Of a DNA stretch of 64,000 bases, positions 1-8,301 are shown piece by piece. The first letter of the stretch is position 1, and the number at the start of each line of letters is the position of its first letter. Position numbers and translations under genes: made by a program. Location: positions 1,792,001 through 1,856,000 of the forward strand of contig CAWEZH010000002.1 in the NCBI GenBank assembly GCA_963813535.1, in the 5' to 3' direction. Source of the stretch: an uncultured Chloroflexia bacterium (lineage in GTDB: Bacteria > Chloroflexota > Limnocylindria > Limnocylindrales > CSP1-4). The notes beneath the pieces were generated by a model. The model was not told where the DNA came from, ran no database searches, and saw nothing but the letters and a program-made list of their open reading frames with translations.

Positions 1-140
1 CGACGGAACACCTGGCGAGTGCCGCGGGCGACCTAACGCTGGGCGAACTCGTGACGATGCTCGGGCGACGAGCCGATGGCCTGGCCGAGATCTGGAACGC
101 CTGGGGTCGCGTCCGGCCCGTCCTCCTCGACGGGTCCTGA
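1..140 (+). CDS. 3' end of hypothetical protein (partial)
   Basis: Open frame from nt 3 (TEHLASAAGDLTLGELVTMLGRR...VLLDGS) with GC3-rich codons ending TGA 138-140. Confidence 0.55.
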   Translation, partial: TEHLASAAGDLTLGELVTMLGRRADGLAEIWNAWGRVRPVLLDGS

Positions 141-161
141 ACCGCCTCGTCACGGCTCGAC

Positions 162-974
162 CTAGCGGCCGGTGAGGTCCTCGGTCACCTCGCCATCCGA
201 GGCAGTCTCGGCCTCCTCGGCGACATCGTCGGGCTCGTCCTCGTCGATGACGATGAGGCGCAACGCCTCTGCGGCAGCCGCGCCGATGGGCTCACCCTCC
301 TCGGCGGCCCAGGATCGGATCCGCTCGTTGAGTCGCTCCGGCTCGCGGATCTGGCTGCGATGCTCGGCCAGGGCTGCCAGCTTCCGGTCGAGCGTCTCGC
401 TGATGTCGACCCAGACGTCCGGGCGTTCCGACCAGAAGAGGTACAGGCGGCGCACGGCGTGGGCGGCGAGACCGCGCCGTGCGAGCGCCGGAAAGGCCAT
501 CGGGTTGCGGGAGGCCGGATACACGGCGTCGACGGCGGCGATGCCGGCGGCTCGATGATCGGTGTGGTTCACGCCACCGCCGCGGTGGAAGACGGCCTCG
601 GGGTCGGTGCACAGGACCGCGTCGGGCCGGAACGTCCGGATCTCGCGGACGAGCTGCTCGCGCAGCGGCAGGTCGTTGGCGAGTGCCCCATCCGGCTGGT
701 GCAGGAAGGTCACGCCTTCGTAGCCGATGACGGCCGCAGCGGCGCGCTGCTCGCGCTCGCGTACCGCGGCGAGCTCGAGCGGGTCGGCGTCCGGGTCCTC
801 TCCGCCCTGGTCGCCGGAAGTGCAGCACACCAGCCAGCCGCTCGAGCCGGCGTCGATCCAGCGCGCTGCCGTGCCGGCCGGGCCGAAGTCGGCGTCGTCG
901 GGATGCGCCGCGATCAACATGAACCGCCCCGGCCGCCAGTCATGGGCCGTCGTGGGCTCGCCCGACGTCGTCAT
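162..974 (-). CDS. PIG-L/LmbE family deacetylase (MshB/BshB-like)
   Basis: AAHPDDAD, TSGDQG, REREQRAAA, NHTDH and H-x-SQ motifs. Confidence 0.9.
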   Translation of the reverse strand: MTTSGEPTTAHDWRPGRFMLIAAHPDDADFGPAGTAARWIDAGSSGWLVCCTSGDQGGEDPDADPLELAAVREREQRAAAAVIGYEGVTFLHQPDGALANDLPLREQLVREIRTFRPDAVLCTDPEAVFHRGGGVNHTDHRAAGIAAVDAVYPASRNPMAFPALARRGLAAHAVRRLYLFWSERPDVWVDISETLDRKLAALAEHRSQIREPERLNERIRSWAAEEGEPIGAAAAEALRLIVIDEDEPDDVAEEAETASDGEVTEDLTGR

Positions 975-1128
975 CGCGCGGGTGCGATGACGGTGGCGCG
1001 TGACTGGCGCAGCAAGGTACTCTCCTTGCGGCCCTTATGGCGTGCGCGTACGCTTGCGGCCGAGGCTTCGCTCGTCTCCCCCCACGAGCGAAGCCTCTTG
1101 CATGCCTGGGACCCTGGCATGCGCTCCC

Positions 1129-1611
1129 TCATGCAGGTGCGGTCTGGAGCTCGTCGAGCGCCGTCAGGACCGCCGCCGCGTGCCCCTCGGGCTTCACCTT
1201 CTCCCAGACACGCGCGATGCGTCCATCGGGATCGACCAGGAACGTCCGCCGCGCGGTGCCCATGTAGGTCTTGCCGTAGTTCTGCTTCTCGACCCACGAG
1301 CCGTAGGCATCGGACACGGCGTGGTCCTCGTCGGCCAGCAAGGTGAACGGCAGGCCGAATTTCTCGCTGAACTTGCGCTTGCTCTCGGCGCCCTGCGGAC
1401 TGATGCCCCAGACGTCCGCGCCACGCTCGGTGATGGTCTCGTTCGCATCCCGGAACTCACACGCCTCGACCGTGCAGCCCGGCGTGTCGTCCTTGGGATA
1501 GAAGTAGAGGACGGTCCATCGGCCGCGCTGGTCGGCCAGGTCGTGGACGGTGCCCGTTGCGTCGGGAAGTGCGACCCGCGGAGCGCGGTCGCCGACGGCC
1601 GGGATGCTCAT
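1129..1611 (-). CDS. bcp: thioredoxin-dependent peroxiredoxin BCP/PrxQ
   Basis: YFYPKDDTPGCTVEAC active site; RRTFLVDPDG. Confidence 0.95.
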   Translation of the reverse strand: MSIPAVGDRAPRVALPDATGTVHDLADQRGRWTVLYFYPKDDTPGCTVEACEFRDANETITERGADVWGISPQGAESKRKFSEKFGLPFTLLADEDHAVSDAYGSWVEKQNYGKTYMGTARRTFLVDPDGRIARVWEKVKPEGHAAAVLTALDELQTAPA

Positions 1612-1613
1612 GG

Positions 1614-2306
1614 TCAGAGCGTAGCAGGGGTCTCCACGACGAGGAGCCGGCCACGCTCCACGCTCACGGCACAGGTCGGTGAGATCCGCCGGTTCGAGAG
1701 CCCGCGCGATCTGCCGACCAGGAGCGTCTCCCCGTCGAGCGGGTAGGCCAGGCCCGTGGTCGTGACACCGATCGCGTCCGCACCGACCGGTAGCAGCGTC
1801 ACCAGGTCGCCGGCACGGCCCGTCAACTCGACCGACGCCGATCCCCCACCGTCACTCGTCGTCTGGAGCAGGCGGATCCGGACATCCGCAGCGACCAGGC
1901 GGACGTCGACATCGTGTAGCTCGGGCAAGGTCAACAGCGCGAGGTTTGCCAGCGCATGGTCGAGGCGCGGACCGCCGAGCGCACCGAGGATGGCGATCGC
2001 CGACGGGCGACCGGCAAGGGCCGCTCGCACGGCGAGTTCCGTATCCGATTCGTCCTTGTCGAATGGCGCCCGCTCGATGGGGACCCCTTCGGCCTCGAGG
2101 GCGGCGATCCCCTCCTCGCCGAGCGAGTCGCCATCACCCACCCAACGATCGATCCGGAGTCGCAACGACGGGGCGTGTCGCGCTCCACCGTCCGCCGCCA
2201 CGACGTATGGATCGTCCGCACACCAGCCGGGCCACGCGACATCGATGGCTTCGCGCGGACCGACGGCGCCGTCGGCGAGGACGATGGCCTGCGCGCTCGA
2301 GTCCAT
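1614..2306 (-). CDS. thiN: thiamine diphosphokinase
   Basis: AADGG, VGDGDS, DKDESDTELA, GALGGPRLDH, GLAYPL, RGLSN motifs. Confidence 0.93.
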   Translation of the reverse strand: MDSSAQAIVLADGAVGPREAIDVAWPGWCADDPYVVAADGGARHAPSLRLRIDRWVGDGDSLGEEGIAALEAEGVPIERAPFDKDESDTELAVRAALAGRPSAIAILGALGGPRLDHALANLALLTLPELHDVDVRLVAADVRIRLLQTTSDGGGSASVELTGRAGDLVTLLPVGADAIGVTTTGLAYPLDGETLLVGRSRGLSNRRISPTCAVSVERGRLLVVETPATL

Positions 2307-2355
2307 GGCGTGGATGCTAGCGGTCCGCTATCGGCCCGATGCTAGACTCCGGCCC

Positions 2356-2973
2356 GTGCCCGCCCCGATCGACCACCCCGCAGTCCGACGCGTCCTCGCC
2401 GCCGCAGAGCGCAAGGGCATCGACCTCGAGGTCGTGACCTTCGACGAGTCGACCCACACCGCCGAGCAGGCGGCAGCGGCAGTGGGTGGCGAGCTCGGCC
2501 AGATCGTGAAGTCGCTGGTATTCGTCGCCCCGTCCGACGACGGCCTCGATCCGATCGTCTGTCTCGTGTCCGGTCAGAACCGCGTCGACGTCGCGCGGCT
2601 GGCGGCCGTCACGGGCGAGCCGGACATCCGCCGGGCGACCGCCCGAGAGGCGAACGACCTCGTCGGCTTCACCATCGGCGGCATCCCGCCGATCGGCTTC
2701 GAGCGGACGATCCGCGTCGTCATGGATCCGGACCTGGGCCGCTACGCCACGGTGTGGGCCGCGGCCGGGTTGCCGACGGCGGTCTTCGAGGTGCCGCCGG
2801 CCACGCTTCGGACGCTCGCCAACGCGACCGTCGCCCCGATCTCGGAGGATCGCCGCGCGGCCGATGTGGACGCCGAGGCTGCGCAGCCGGTCGGGCAGGA
2901 TGCGGGCCACTCGATCGACGCCGACGCCGATGACGGCGCAGCGTCCGGCCGACTCGCTTCGACGGGAGCGTGA
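2356..2973 (+). CDS. YbaK/EbsC family aminoacyl-tRNA deacylase
   Basis: STHTAEQAA, QIVKSLVF, GFTIGGIPPIG, VWAAAG; GTG 2356 lies 7 nt after TAGACT. Confidence 0.88.
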   Translation: MPAPIDHPAVRRVLAAAERKGIDLEVVTFDESTHTAEQAAAAVGGELGQIVKSLVFVAPSDDGLDPIVCLVSGQNRVDVARLAAVTGEPDIRRATAREANDLVGFTIGGIPPIGFERTIRVVMDPDLGRYATVWAAAGLPTAVFEVPPATLRTLANATVAPISEDRRAADVDAEAAQPVGQDAGHSIDADADDGAASGRLASTGA

Positions 2974-3569
2974 CCGGAGCCACCGGAGGGAGCCGATCGG
3001 CGCCCGAGCCGCGCAACGCGTCGATCACCTATCCGGGTGGTCTCCGCGCTCGCTGGCGATGGGCAGGCAGCGGTCAGGCTGCCGCGGTGTTCGCCCTCTC
3101 GGAATCCGGCGGTACCCTCGTCGACCTCGGTGATCGGGTGAGTGCCGATCCGGATGCGCTGTGCCGCGCCGAGCTCCGGCTGGAAGGTCCCCGTGGATCG
3201 TGGTCGGCACGCTTCGCATCGACGATCTTCGACGAGCCCCGGGCGCTCTACTGGGATACCGAGGGGCTGCTGGTCGTGTCCTACGGCTTCCATACCTATG
3301 GACTCGACGCGGTGAGCGGGAACGCGGGCTGGGAGCATCGCTCGGCGACACCGATCGTCGCGCTCCTCGGCTCGCCGCGGTTGCGGCACGTCATCGTCCA
3401 GTCCGAGATCGAGACGTTCGCCCTCGAGCCGGATGGGAGCGTCGGCTGGCGGGTCGCGCACTCGGACGTCGTCACGGCGGCCGAGCTCGTCGGCGGGAGA
3501 TTGGTGCTGACCGGGTTCGACGGCCAGGTCAATTCGCTCGACCCGGCGACCGGTCGATCCGCGGCCTGA
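2970..3569 (+). CDS. hypothetical protein with C-terminal PQQ-like beta-propeller repeats
   Basis: GTGA overlap with upstream stop; LDAVSGNAGW, LEPDGSVGW, LDPATG blade motifs. Confidence 0.6.
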   Translation: MTGATGGSRSAPEPRNASITYPGGLRARWRWAGSGQAAAVFALSESGGTLVDLGDRVSADPDALCRAELRLEGPRGSWSARFASTIFDEPRALYWDTEGLLVVSYGFHTYGLDAVSGNAGWEHRSATPIVALLGSPRLRHVIVQSEIETFALEPDGSVGWRVAHSDVVTAAELVGGRLVLTGFDGQVNSLDPATGRSAA

Positions 3570-3659
3570 CGCGCGCGAGTCAACCGTGGACGGCCTGGCC
3601 GCTGTGGACGAGTGGTGGATAACTCGGTTGGGCGGAGCTACATTCGTGGACGACCGCCG

Positions 3660-3689
3660 TTGACCCCGCCCGCGCCGCCCCCGTAGCGT
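3660..3689 (+). promoter_or_regulatory. sigma70-type promoter TTGACC-N18-TAGCGT
   Basis: Hexamers at 3660-3665 and 3684-3689, just downstream of GTGGA-containing repeats. Confidence 0.55.
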
Positions 3690-3692
3690 ATC

Positions 3693-3805
3693 GGTCAGCC
3701 CGGAGGGGCCGAACGATACTAACGGCGGAGATCGCATCAACGCCCACGTGTCGTGGAGGTTCCTTCGGGCCCTTCCATGCCCGGGGCCAAACCCGAGCAG
3801 CGGGT
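3693..3805 (+). ncRNA. candidate structured small RNA (family not recognised)
   Basis: Nested stems 3702-3713/3764-3776, 3714-3719/3748-3753, 3724-3727/3741-3744, terminal hairpin 3791-3805; own promoter; the next gene has a separate -10. Confidence 0.4.
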
Positions 3806-3817
3806 ATAGTCGCCGCC

Positions 3818-4717
3818 GTGACACCCCTGATCCCGATCGCCGTGGGCCTGGTCGCGCTCGCCGTCGGGATCGCGATCCTCCGCTCGTTCGGACCGCGCTT
3901 CCGCGTCGGTCGGATCCTCGCGGTGGCCCCGGTCGTCTCGATCGCCGAGGCGCGGGCGCTGGCCGACGGGCCGCCCCGGTTCATCGCGATCCAGGGCCGC
4001 ATCGACGCCGAGGACGAGTTCGAGGACGAAGCGCATCGACCGCTCGTGCTCCGGCGCGTGCGGATCCAGCTGCGTCAGCGGGGTGGCTGGGCCACCATCG
4101 ACGAACAGCGCCAGGCGGTCGACTTCGAGGTCCGCGAGGGTCTCGACGCGATCGCCATCGACCAAGCGTCCCTGGGTGACGGGCTCGTCGTGCTGCCGCG
4201 CGAGTCGAGCGGGACGGCTGGCGATGCGCCGGACCGCGTCGCACCGGACACGCCCCCAACGACGCCGCTGCGTCTGCGGATCGAGCAGGTGTCGTCGGTG
4301 GAGCACGCGCTCGTCGCCGGCGTGCCGACAGCGGACACGGCGACGGGCGCCATTCGCATGACGGCCGGGCTCGGGCGACCGCTGATCCTGACGACGCTTG
4401 CCCGCGACGAGGCGATGCGGGTGCTCGCTGCGGACGCGCCGCGCCGACCGATGCTCGCCGTCATCGCCCTCGTGGTGGGCATGATCAGCATCACCGTGGG
4501 GCTGCTGTGGGCCGTGGCTGGGGCCGTGACGCGCACGGCGCTCGCCGCCTCACCCGATCCGAGCGGCGTCCTCGGCGGTGACCCGCGCAGCAGCGGCGAG
4601 GGACCCGGTCTCGTCGGCGACCCGCTGATGGCGATCGTGCTCGTGCTGGGGATCGGCCTCGGCACGGTGCTGGCGACCCTCGTCTACGTCCGGTTCACGG
4701 GTGGCCGGCGCAGCTGA
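3818..4717 (+). CDS. hypothetical membrane protein (N-terminal TM, beta-rich middle, two C-terminal TMs; GIDE-like layout)
   Basis: Hydrophobic segments; TATAGT 7 nt before GTG. Confidence 0.65.
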   Translation: MTPLIPIAVGLVALAVGIAILRSFGPRFRVGRILAVAPVVSIAEARALADGPPRFIAIQGRIDAEDEFEDEAHRPLVLRRVRIQLRQRGGWATIDEQRQAVDFEVREGLDAIAIDQASLGDGLVVLPRESSGTAGDAPDRVAPDTPPTTPLRLRIEQVSSVEHALVAGVPTADTATGAIRMTAGLGRPLILTTLARDEAMRVLAADAPRRPMLAVIALVVGMISITVGLLWAVAGAVTRTALAASPDPSGVLGGDPRSSGEGPGLVGDPLMAIVLVLGIGLGTVLATLVYVRFTGGRRS

Positions 4718-4763
4718 CGCGTTGTCGGGTGCCGGGTCGCGCGTGCACCGGACCTTCGGACTA

Positions 4764-4816
4764 TTGGCAAGAACTGTGAGAACGGTAGGCTCGGGCCCGT
4801 GGACTTCACAGTTCTT
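4764..4816 (+). promoter_or_regulatory. promoter TTGGCA-N16-TAGGCT with 11-bp inverted repeat and 9-bp tandem repeats
   Basis: AAGAACTGTGA 4769-4779 / TCACAGTTCTT 4806-4816; AGAACTGTG-AGAACGGTA tandem at 4770-4787. Confidence 0.55.
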
Positions 4817-4827
4817 CCATACGAGGG

Positions 4828-7752
4828 ATGACCGCACAGCTCCCGCCTCGGCCCATCGACGCGACGCTCTCCGTCACCAAAGCGGCGCGTCTGCTCGGCG
4901 TGCATCCGAACACGGTCCGCGCCTGGAGTGATGCCGGACGGCTGCGCTTCTATCGGATCAACCCGCGGGGCGATCGACGCTATCGGTTGAGTGACCTCCA
5001 GCGGTTCCTCGCGGTCGCCGAACGGAGCGCCATCGAGTCGCCCCGGCGTCACCAGGTGGGGCGGCGGTCCGTCGATACCGATCCAGGCGGCGACGCTCAC
5101 CTGGACCTCGGCCACCTCGAGACGGCCGACACGTCCCGCCATCGACGCGACCTTGCGCTGCTGGACGCCATCGCCCGCGAGCCGTTCGGCCAGACGACCA
5201 TCCAGGAGGACCTCGACCGCGTCGCCGATCACATGCGGGAGGCGGGCGACCGAGCCCTCGTCGCGATCTGGGAGCGACGCGACGAGCGACTGGCGCCCGT
5301 GGCGATCGCCGTACCGCCGGGGGTCACACCGCCGCGACTGCTCGACCTCCCGAAGGGCTTCGGGGTGCTCGGTCAGGCCATCGAGTTCGCGACCGGACGC
5401 GGGACGCGGGACGCGGAATCGGCGCCCGGCGCGTCGGCAGTGATCGCCGGTGGCAGCGACCGCGTCACCACCACGGTCCTGCCCGGTGATCGCGAGGAAT
5501 TGGCGGCGGCCATCCCCGGCCGCGACGGGCCGTGGGGCGCCGTGCTCGTCGTCGCGGCACCTGGCGAACGCTTCGATCCGGCCGACCGCGACCTCGCCAC
5601 CGTGATGGCCGACGCGATCGGCGCCATCGTCGGCGTCGTCCGACGCGAGGAGGAGGTCGCCCACCTGCTCCACCGGGCCGAGGCGCTGCGGCGGGTGGCG
5701 GGCGACATCGGCAGCGGGCTGGACCTCGATCGGATCCTGGCCGGCCTCGTCGGCCACGCGATGGTGTTGTTCGAGGGCGACCGCGCCGCCGTGTTCCTGC
5801 GCCAGCCCGACGGCAGGGTCGTCGCCGAGGTCAGTCGAGGCCTGTCGGCCGCCTACCTTGCGGCCGTCCGCGATTTCCCGGCACGAAGCCTCCCGAACGA
5901 CGCGATCGCTGCCCGCCGTCCGCTGTTCTCGACCGACTATCGCAACGACCCGCGCGGCTCCGACGTCCGCGCGGCCGTGGTGCAGGAGGGCTTCGACACG
6001 ATGTGCACCGCGCCGCTGCTCGACGGCGACGAGGTGCTCGGCCTCCTCAACGTGTACCACGACACCGCGCACGAATGGACCGGCGACGAGCTCGAAACGA
6101 TCACCGCCCTCGCCACCCAGGCCAGCGTCGCGATCCGAACGGCGCAGAACTTCGAACAGATGGCGACATGGGCAGCACAGCTCCAGTCGATCCAGCAGCT
6201 CGGGGCGCGGCTGAACCACCTCTCCAACGTCCAGGACATCGGTCTTGCGATCGGGACCGAGCTCCGGCAGCTCATCGACTACCACAACGTCCGCGTCTAC
6301 CGCCGCTTCGGTGACGAGCTGGCACCCGTCGCCTTCCGTGGGCAGGTCGGCGAATACATCGACGAGACACCGGATCAGCTCAAGGTGGCCATGGGCGAAG
6401 GCATCACCGGCTGGGTCGCCGAGCACCGGATCGCCCAGTACCTGCCAGACGCCAGCACCGACCCGCGCGCGAACACCATCCCTGGCACCGAGGACGACCT
6501 CGACGAATCGATGCTGCTCGCGCCGATGCTGTTCGAGGACGACGTCCTCGGCGTGCTCGTCCTGTCGAAGCTCGGTCTCCACCAGTTCAGCGACGACGAC
6601 CTTCGCCTGCTGGTGATCTACGCGAGCTTCGCGGCGCAGGCCATGGCCAATGCCGACGCGACCGAGCGGCTCCGCCAGCAGTCGGCCGCCCTCGAGCAGC
6701 AGCTCCGTAGCCAGCGGGCGCTGCTGCAGATCACCGAGTCGATCCTGACGACGCTCGACGGCAAGGCCGTCCTCGAGGGCATCACCGAGCGCCTCGGCGG
6801 GCTGATCGCCTGCGACAACGTCGCGATCGAGGTGATCGATCCGACGACCGGCCTCCTGACGCCACTGACCGCGCGTGGCGTCCACGCCGAGGCGTACATG
6901 GAGCCGTGGGAGCCCGGCGAGACCGGTGTCGCGACGTGGGTGGTCGAGCACAACGAGCCGGTCTATGTCGAGGATGAGCGCCACGATCCACGGGTCAACC
7001 ACTTCCGCGGCCCCGACGTCGATGAATCGTCGATGGACGGCAGCCTGATCGGCGTGCCGCTGCGTGGCCGGTCCGGCGCCATCGGCGTCATGACGATCGA
7101 GCGGCTCGGCGTCGGCAATACGTTCACCGCCGAGGAGTTCGACCTCGTGAAGCTCTTCGCGGCGCAGGTATCGATCGCGCTCCAGAACGCCGAGGTCTAC
7201 CGCGATATCGAGATCCGGGCGCAGACCGACGGGTTGACCGACCTGCTGAACCACGCGACGTTCGAGGAGCACATCGGTCGTGCGGTCCGTGACGGCGGCG
7301 CATTCGGCCTGATCATGCTCGACCTCGACGACTTCCGCGATGTCAACAACCGGATGGGCCACCAGGCTGGCGACGGGGAGCTGCGACGCATCGCGAGCGC
7401 GCTCACGCGTTCGGGTCGCGACACGGACCTCGTGTTCCGCTACGGTGGCGACGAGTTCGCCTTCCTGCTGCCAGGCGCCGACGCAGCCGGCGCGCAACGG
7501 GCGGCCGAGCGTGCCTGCGCCGCGGTGCGTGGACTCGGTGGCCCCGTGACGGCGTCGGTCGGCGTCGCGACGTTCCCGGCCGACGGGGACACCGCCGCTG
7601 AGGTGTTGCTCGCCGCCGACCGGGCATGCTTCGTCGCCAAGCGCGGTGGCCGCGACCGGGTGGCGACCGCCGCCGAAGGTCTCGCGCTCGCCGCCGAGTT
7701 CCGGCCGCAGGCGCCGACGCCGGTCGACTCGGAGGTCGAGTCCGCACTCTGA
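4828..7752 (+). CDS. diguanylate cyclase with N-terminal MerR-like/excisionase (BldC-like) HTH and about four GAF domains
   Basis: LSVTKAARLLGVHPNTVRAWSDAGRL...RINPRGDRRY; repeated GAF motifs; DLDDFRDVN, RDTD I-site, RYGGDEF. Confidence 0.92.
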   Translation: MTAQLPPRPIDATLSVTKAARLLGVHPNTVRAWSDAGRLRFYRINPRGDRRYRLSDLQRFLAVAERSAIESPRRHQVGRRSVDTDPGGDAHLDLGHLETADTSRHRRDLALLDAIAREPFGQTTIQEDLDRVADHMREAGDRALVAIWERRDERLAPVAIAVPPGVTPPRLLDLPKGFGVLGQAIEFATGRGTRDAESAPGASAVIAGGSDRVTTTVLPGDREELAAAIPGRDGPWGAVLVVAAPGERFDPADRDLATVMADAIGAIVGVVRREEEVAHLLHRAEALRRVAGDIGSGLDLDRILAGLVGHAMVLFEGDRAAVFLRQPDGRVVAEVSRGLSAAYLAAVRDFPARSLPNDAIAARRPLFSTDYRNDPRGSDVRAAVVQEGFDTMCTAPLLDGDEVLGLLNVYHDTAHEWTGDELETITALATQASVAIRTAQNFEQMATWAAQLQSIQQLGARLNHLSNVQDIGLAIGTELRQLIDYHNVRVYRRFGDELAPVAFRGQVGEYIDETPDQLKVAMGEGITGWVAEHRIAQYLPDASTDPRANTIPGTEDDLDESMLLAPMLFEDDVLGVLVLSKLGLHQFSDDDLRLLVIYASFAAQAMANADATERLRQQSAALEQQLRSQRALLQITESILTTLDGKAVLEGITERLGGLIACDNVAIEVIDPTTGLLTPLTARGVHAEAYMEPWEPGETGVATWVVEHNEPVYVEDERHDPRVNHFRGPDVDESSMDGSLIGVPLRGRSGAIGVMTIERLGVGNTFTAEEFDLVKLFAAQVSIALQNAEVYRDIEIRAQTDGLTDLLNHATFEEHIGRAVRDGGAFGLIMLDLDDFRDVNNRMGHQAGDGELRRIASALTRSGRDTDLVFRYGGDEFAFLLPGADAAGAQRAAERACAAVRGLGGPVTASVGVATFPADGDTAAEVLLAADRACFVAKRGGRDRVATAAEGLALAAEFRPQAPTPVDSEVESAL

Positions 7753-7804
7753 CGTCGCGGGCCTGCCGACTGCACGGATACGCGATCCCGGTGACGATGG
7801 TCCG

Positions 7805-8269
7805 ATGAGCGGATGGCTGGGACGCGTCGCCGCCCTCGGCGCGGTCGCGATGTTGGCCGCGTCGTGCATCCCATCCACGGCGCAGCGCCCGCCGACGGCC
7901 GGTACGGGATCGTCGGCCGGGCCGTCGATCGTCCAGGAGTCGCCGGTGGCCTCGGCATCCAGCCCGTCGACCAGGCCGTCATTCGTCCGGCCGACCCCGA
8001 CCCCCTTGCCGACATTCCTCGTCTACATGGTCAGGCCGGGGGACACGCTGACGTCGATCGCCCGTACCCATGGCACGACGGCACGCAGCATCGCGTTCTG
8101 GAACCGGACTCGCTACCCATCCCTCGATCCCGACTCGCCGACGTACTCGCCGAACCGCATCGAGGTGGGCTGGGAGCTTGTCCTGATCCCGGACGTGGAG
8201 CTCGACCCCGAGGAGCTGCCCGAGCCGTCGCCGTCGATCCCGCCTCCGTCGGCGTCGCCGTCGGGTTGA
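7805..8269 (+). CDS. LysM domain lipoprotein
   Basis: Lipobox-like LAASC; Pro/Ser/Thr linker; YMVRPGDTLTSIA...NRIEVGWELVLIP. Confidence 0.85.
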   Translation: MSGWLGRVAALGAVAMLAASCIPSTAQRPPTAGTGSSAGPSIVQESPVASASSPSTRPSFVRPTPTPLPTFLVYMVRPGDTLTSIARTHGTTARSIAFWNRTRYPSLDPDSPTYSPNRIEVGWELVLIPDVELDPEELPEPSPSIPPPSASPSG

Positions 8270-8301
8270 CCAACGCCGCAGGGCTCGAGCGCGGCCGGTC
8301 G

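Noticed and set aside
999-1112. ZTP (pfl) riboswitch-like CGTGACTGGCG ... GCCTGGG
   Set aside because: Lacks the GGGGAGCG/P1 partner and the GCCGnCCGCCTGGGC 3' element, and is antisense to the flanking genes
3585-3660. Replication origin (oriC)
   Set aside because: Few and degenerate boxes, no AT-rich unwinding element, no dnaA/dnaN nearby; kept only as a possible DnaA site
4684-7878. 1064-aa minus-strand ORF and the many similar long shadow ORFs
   Set aside because: Antisense or alternate-frame shadows of clear genes; expected in high-GC DNA; Arg/Pro/Ala-rich with no motifs
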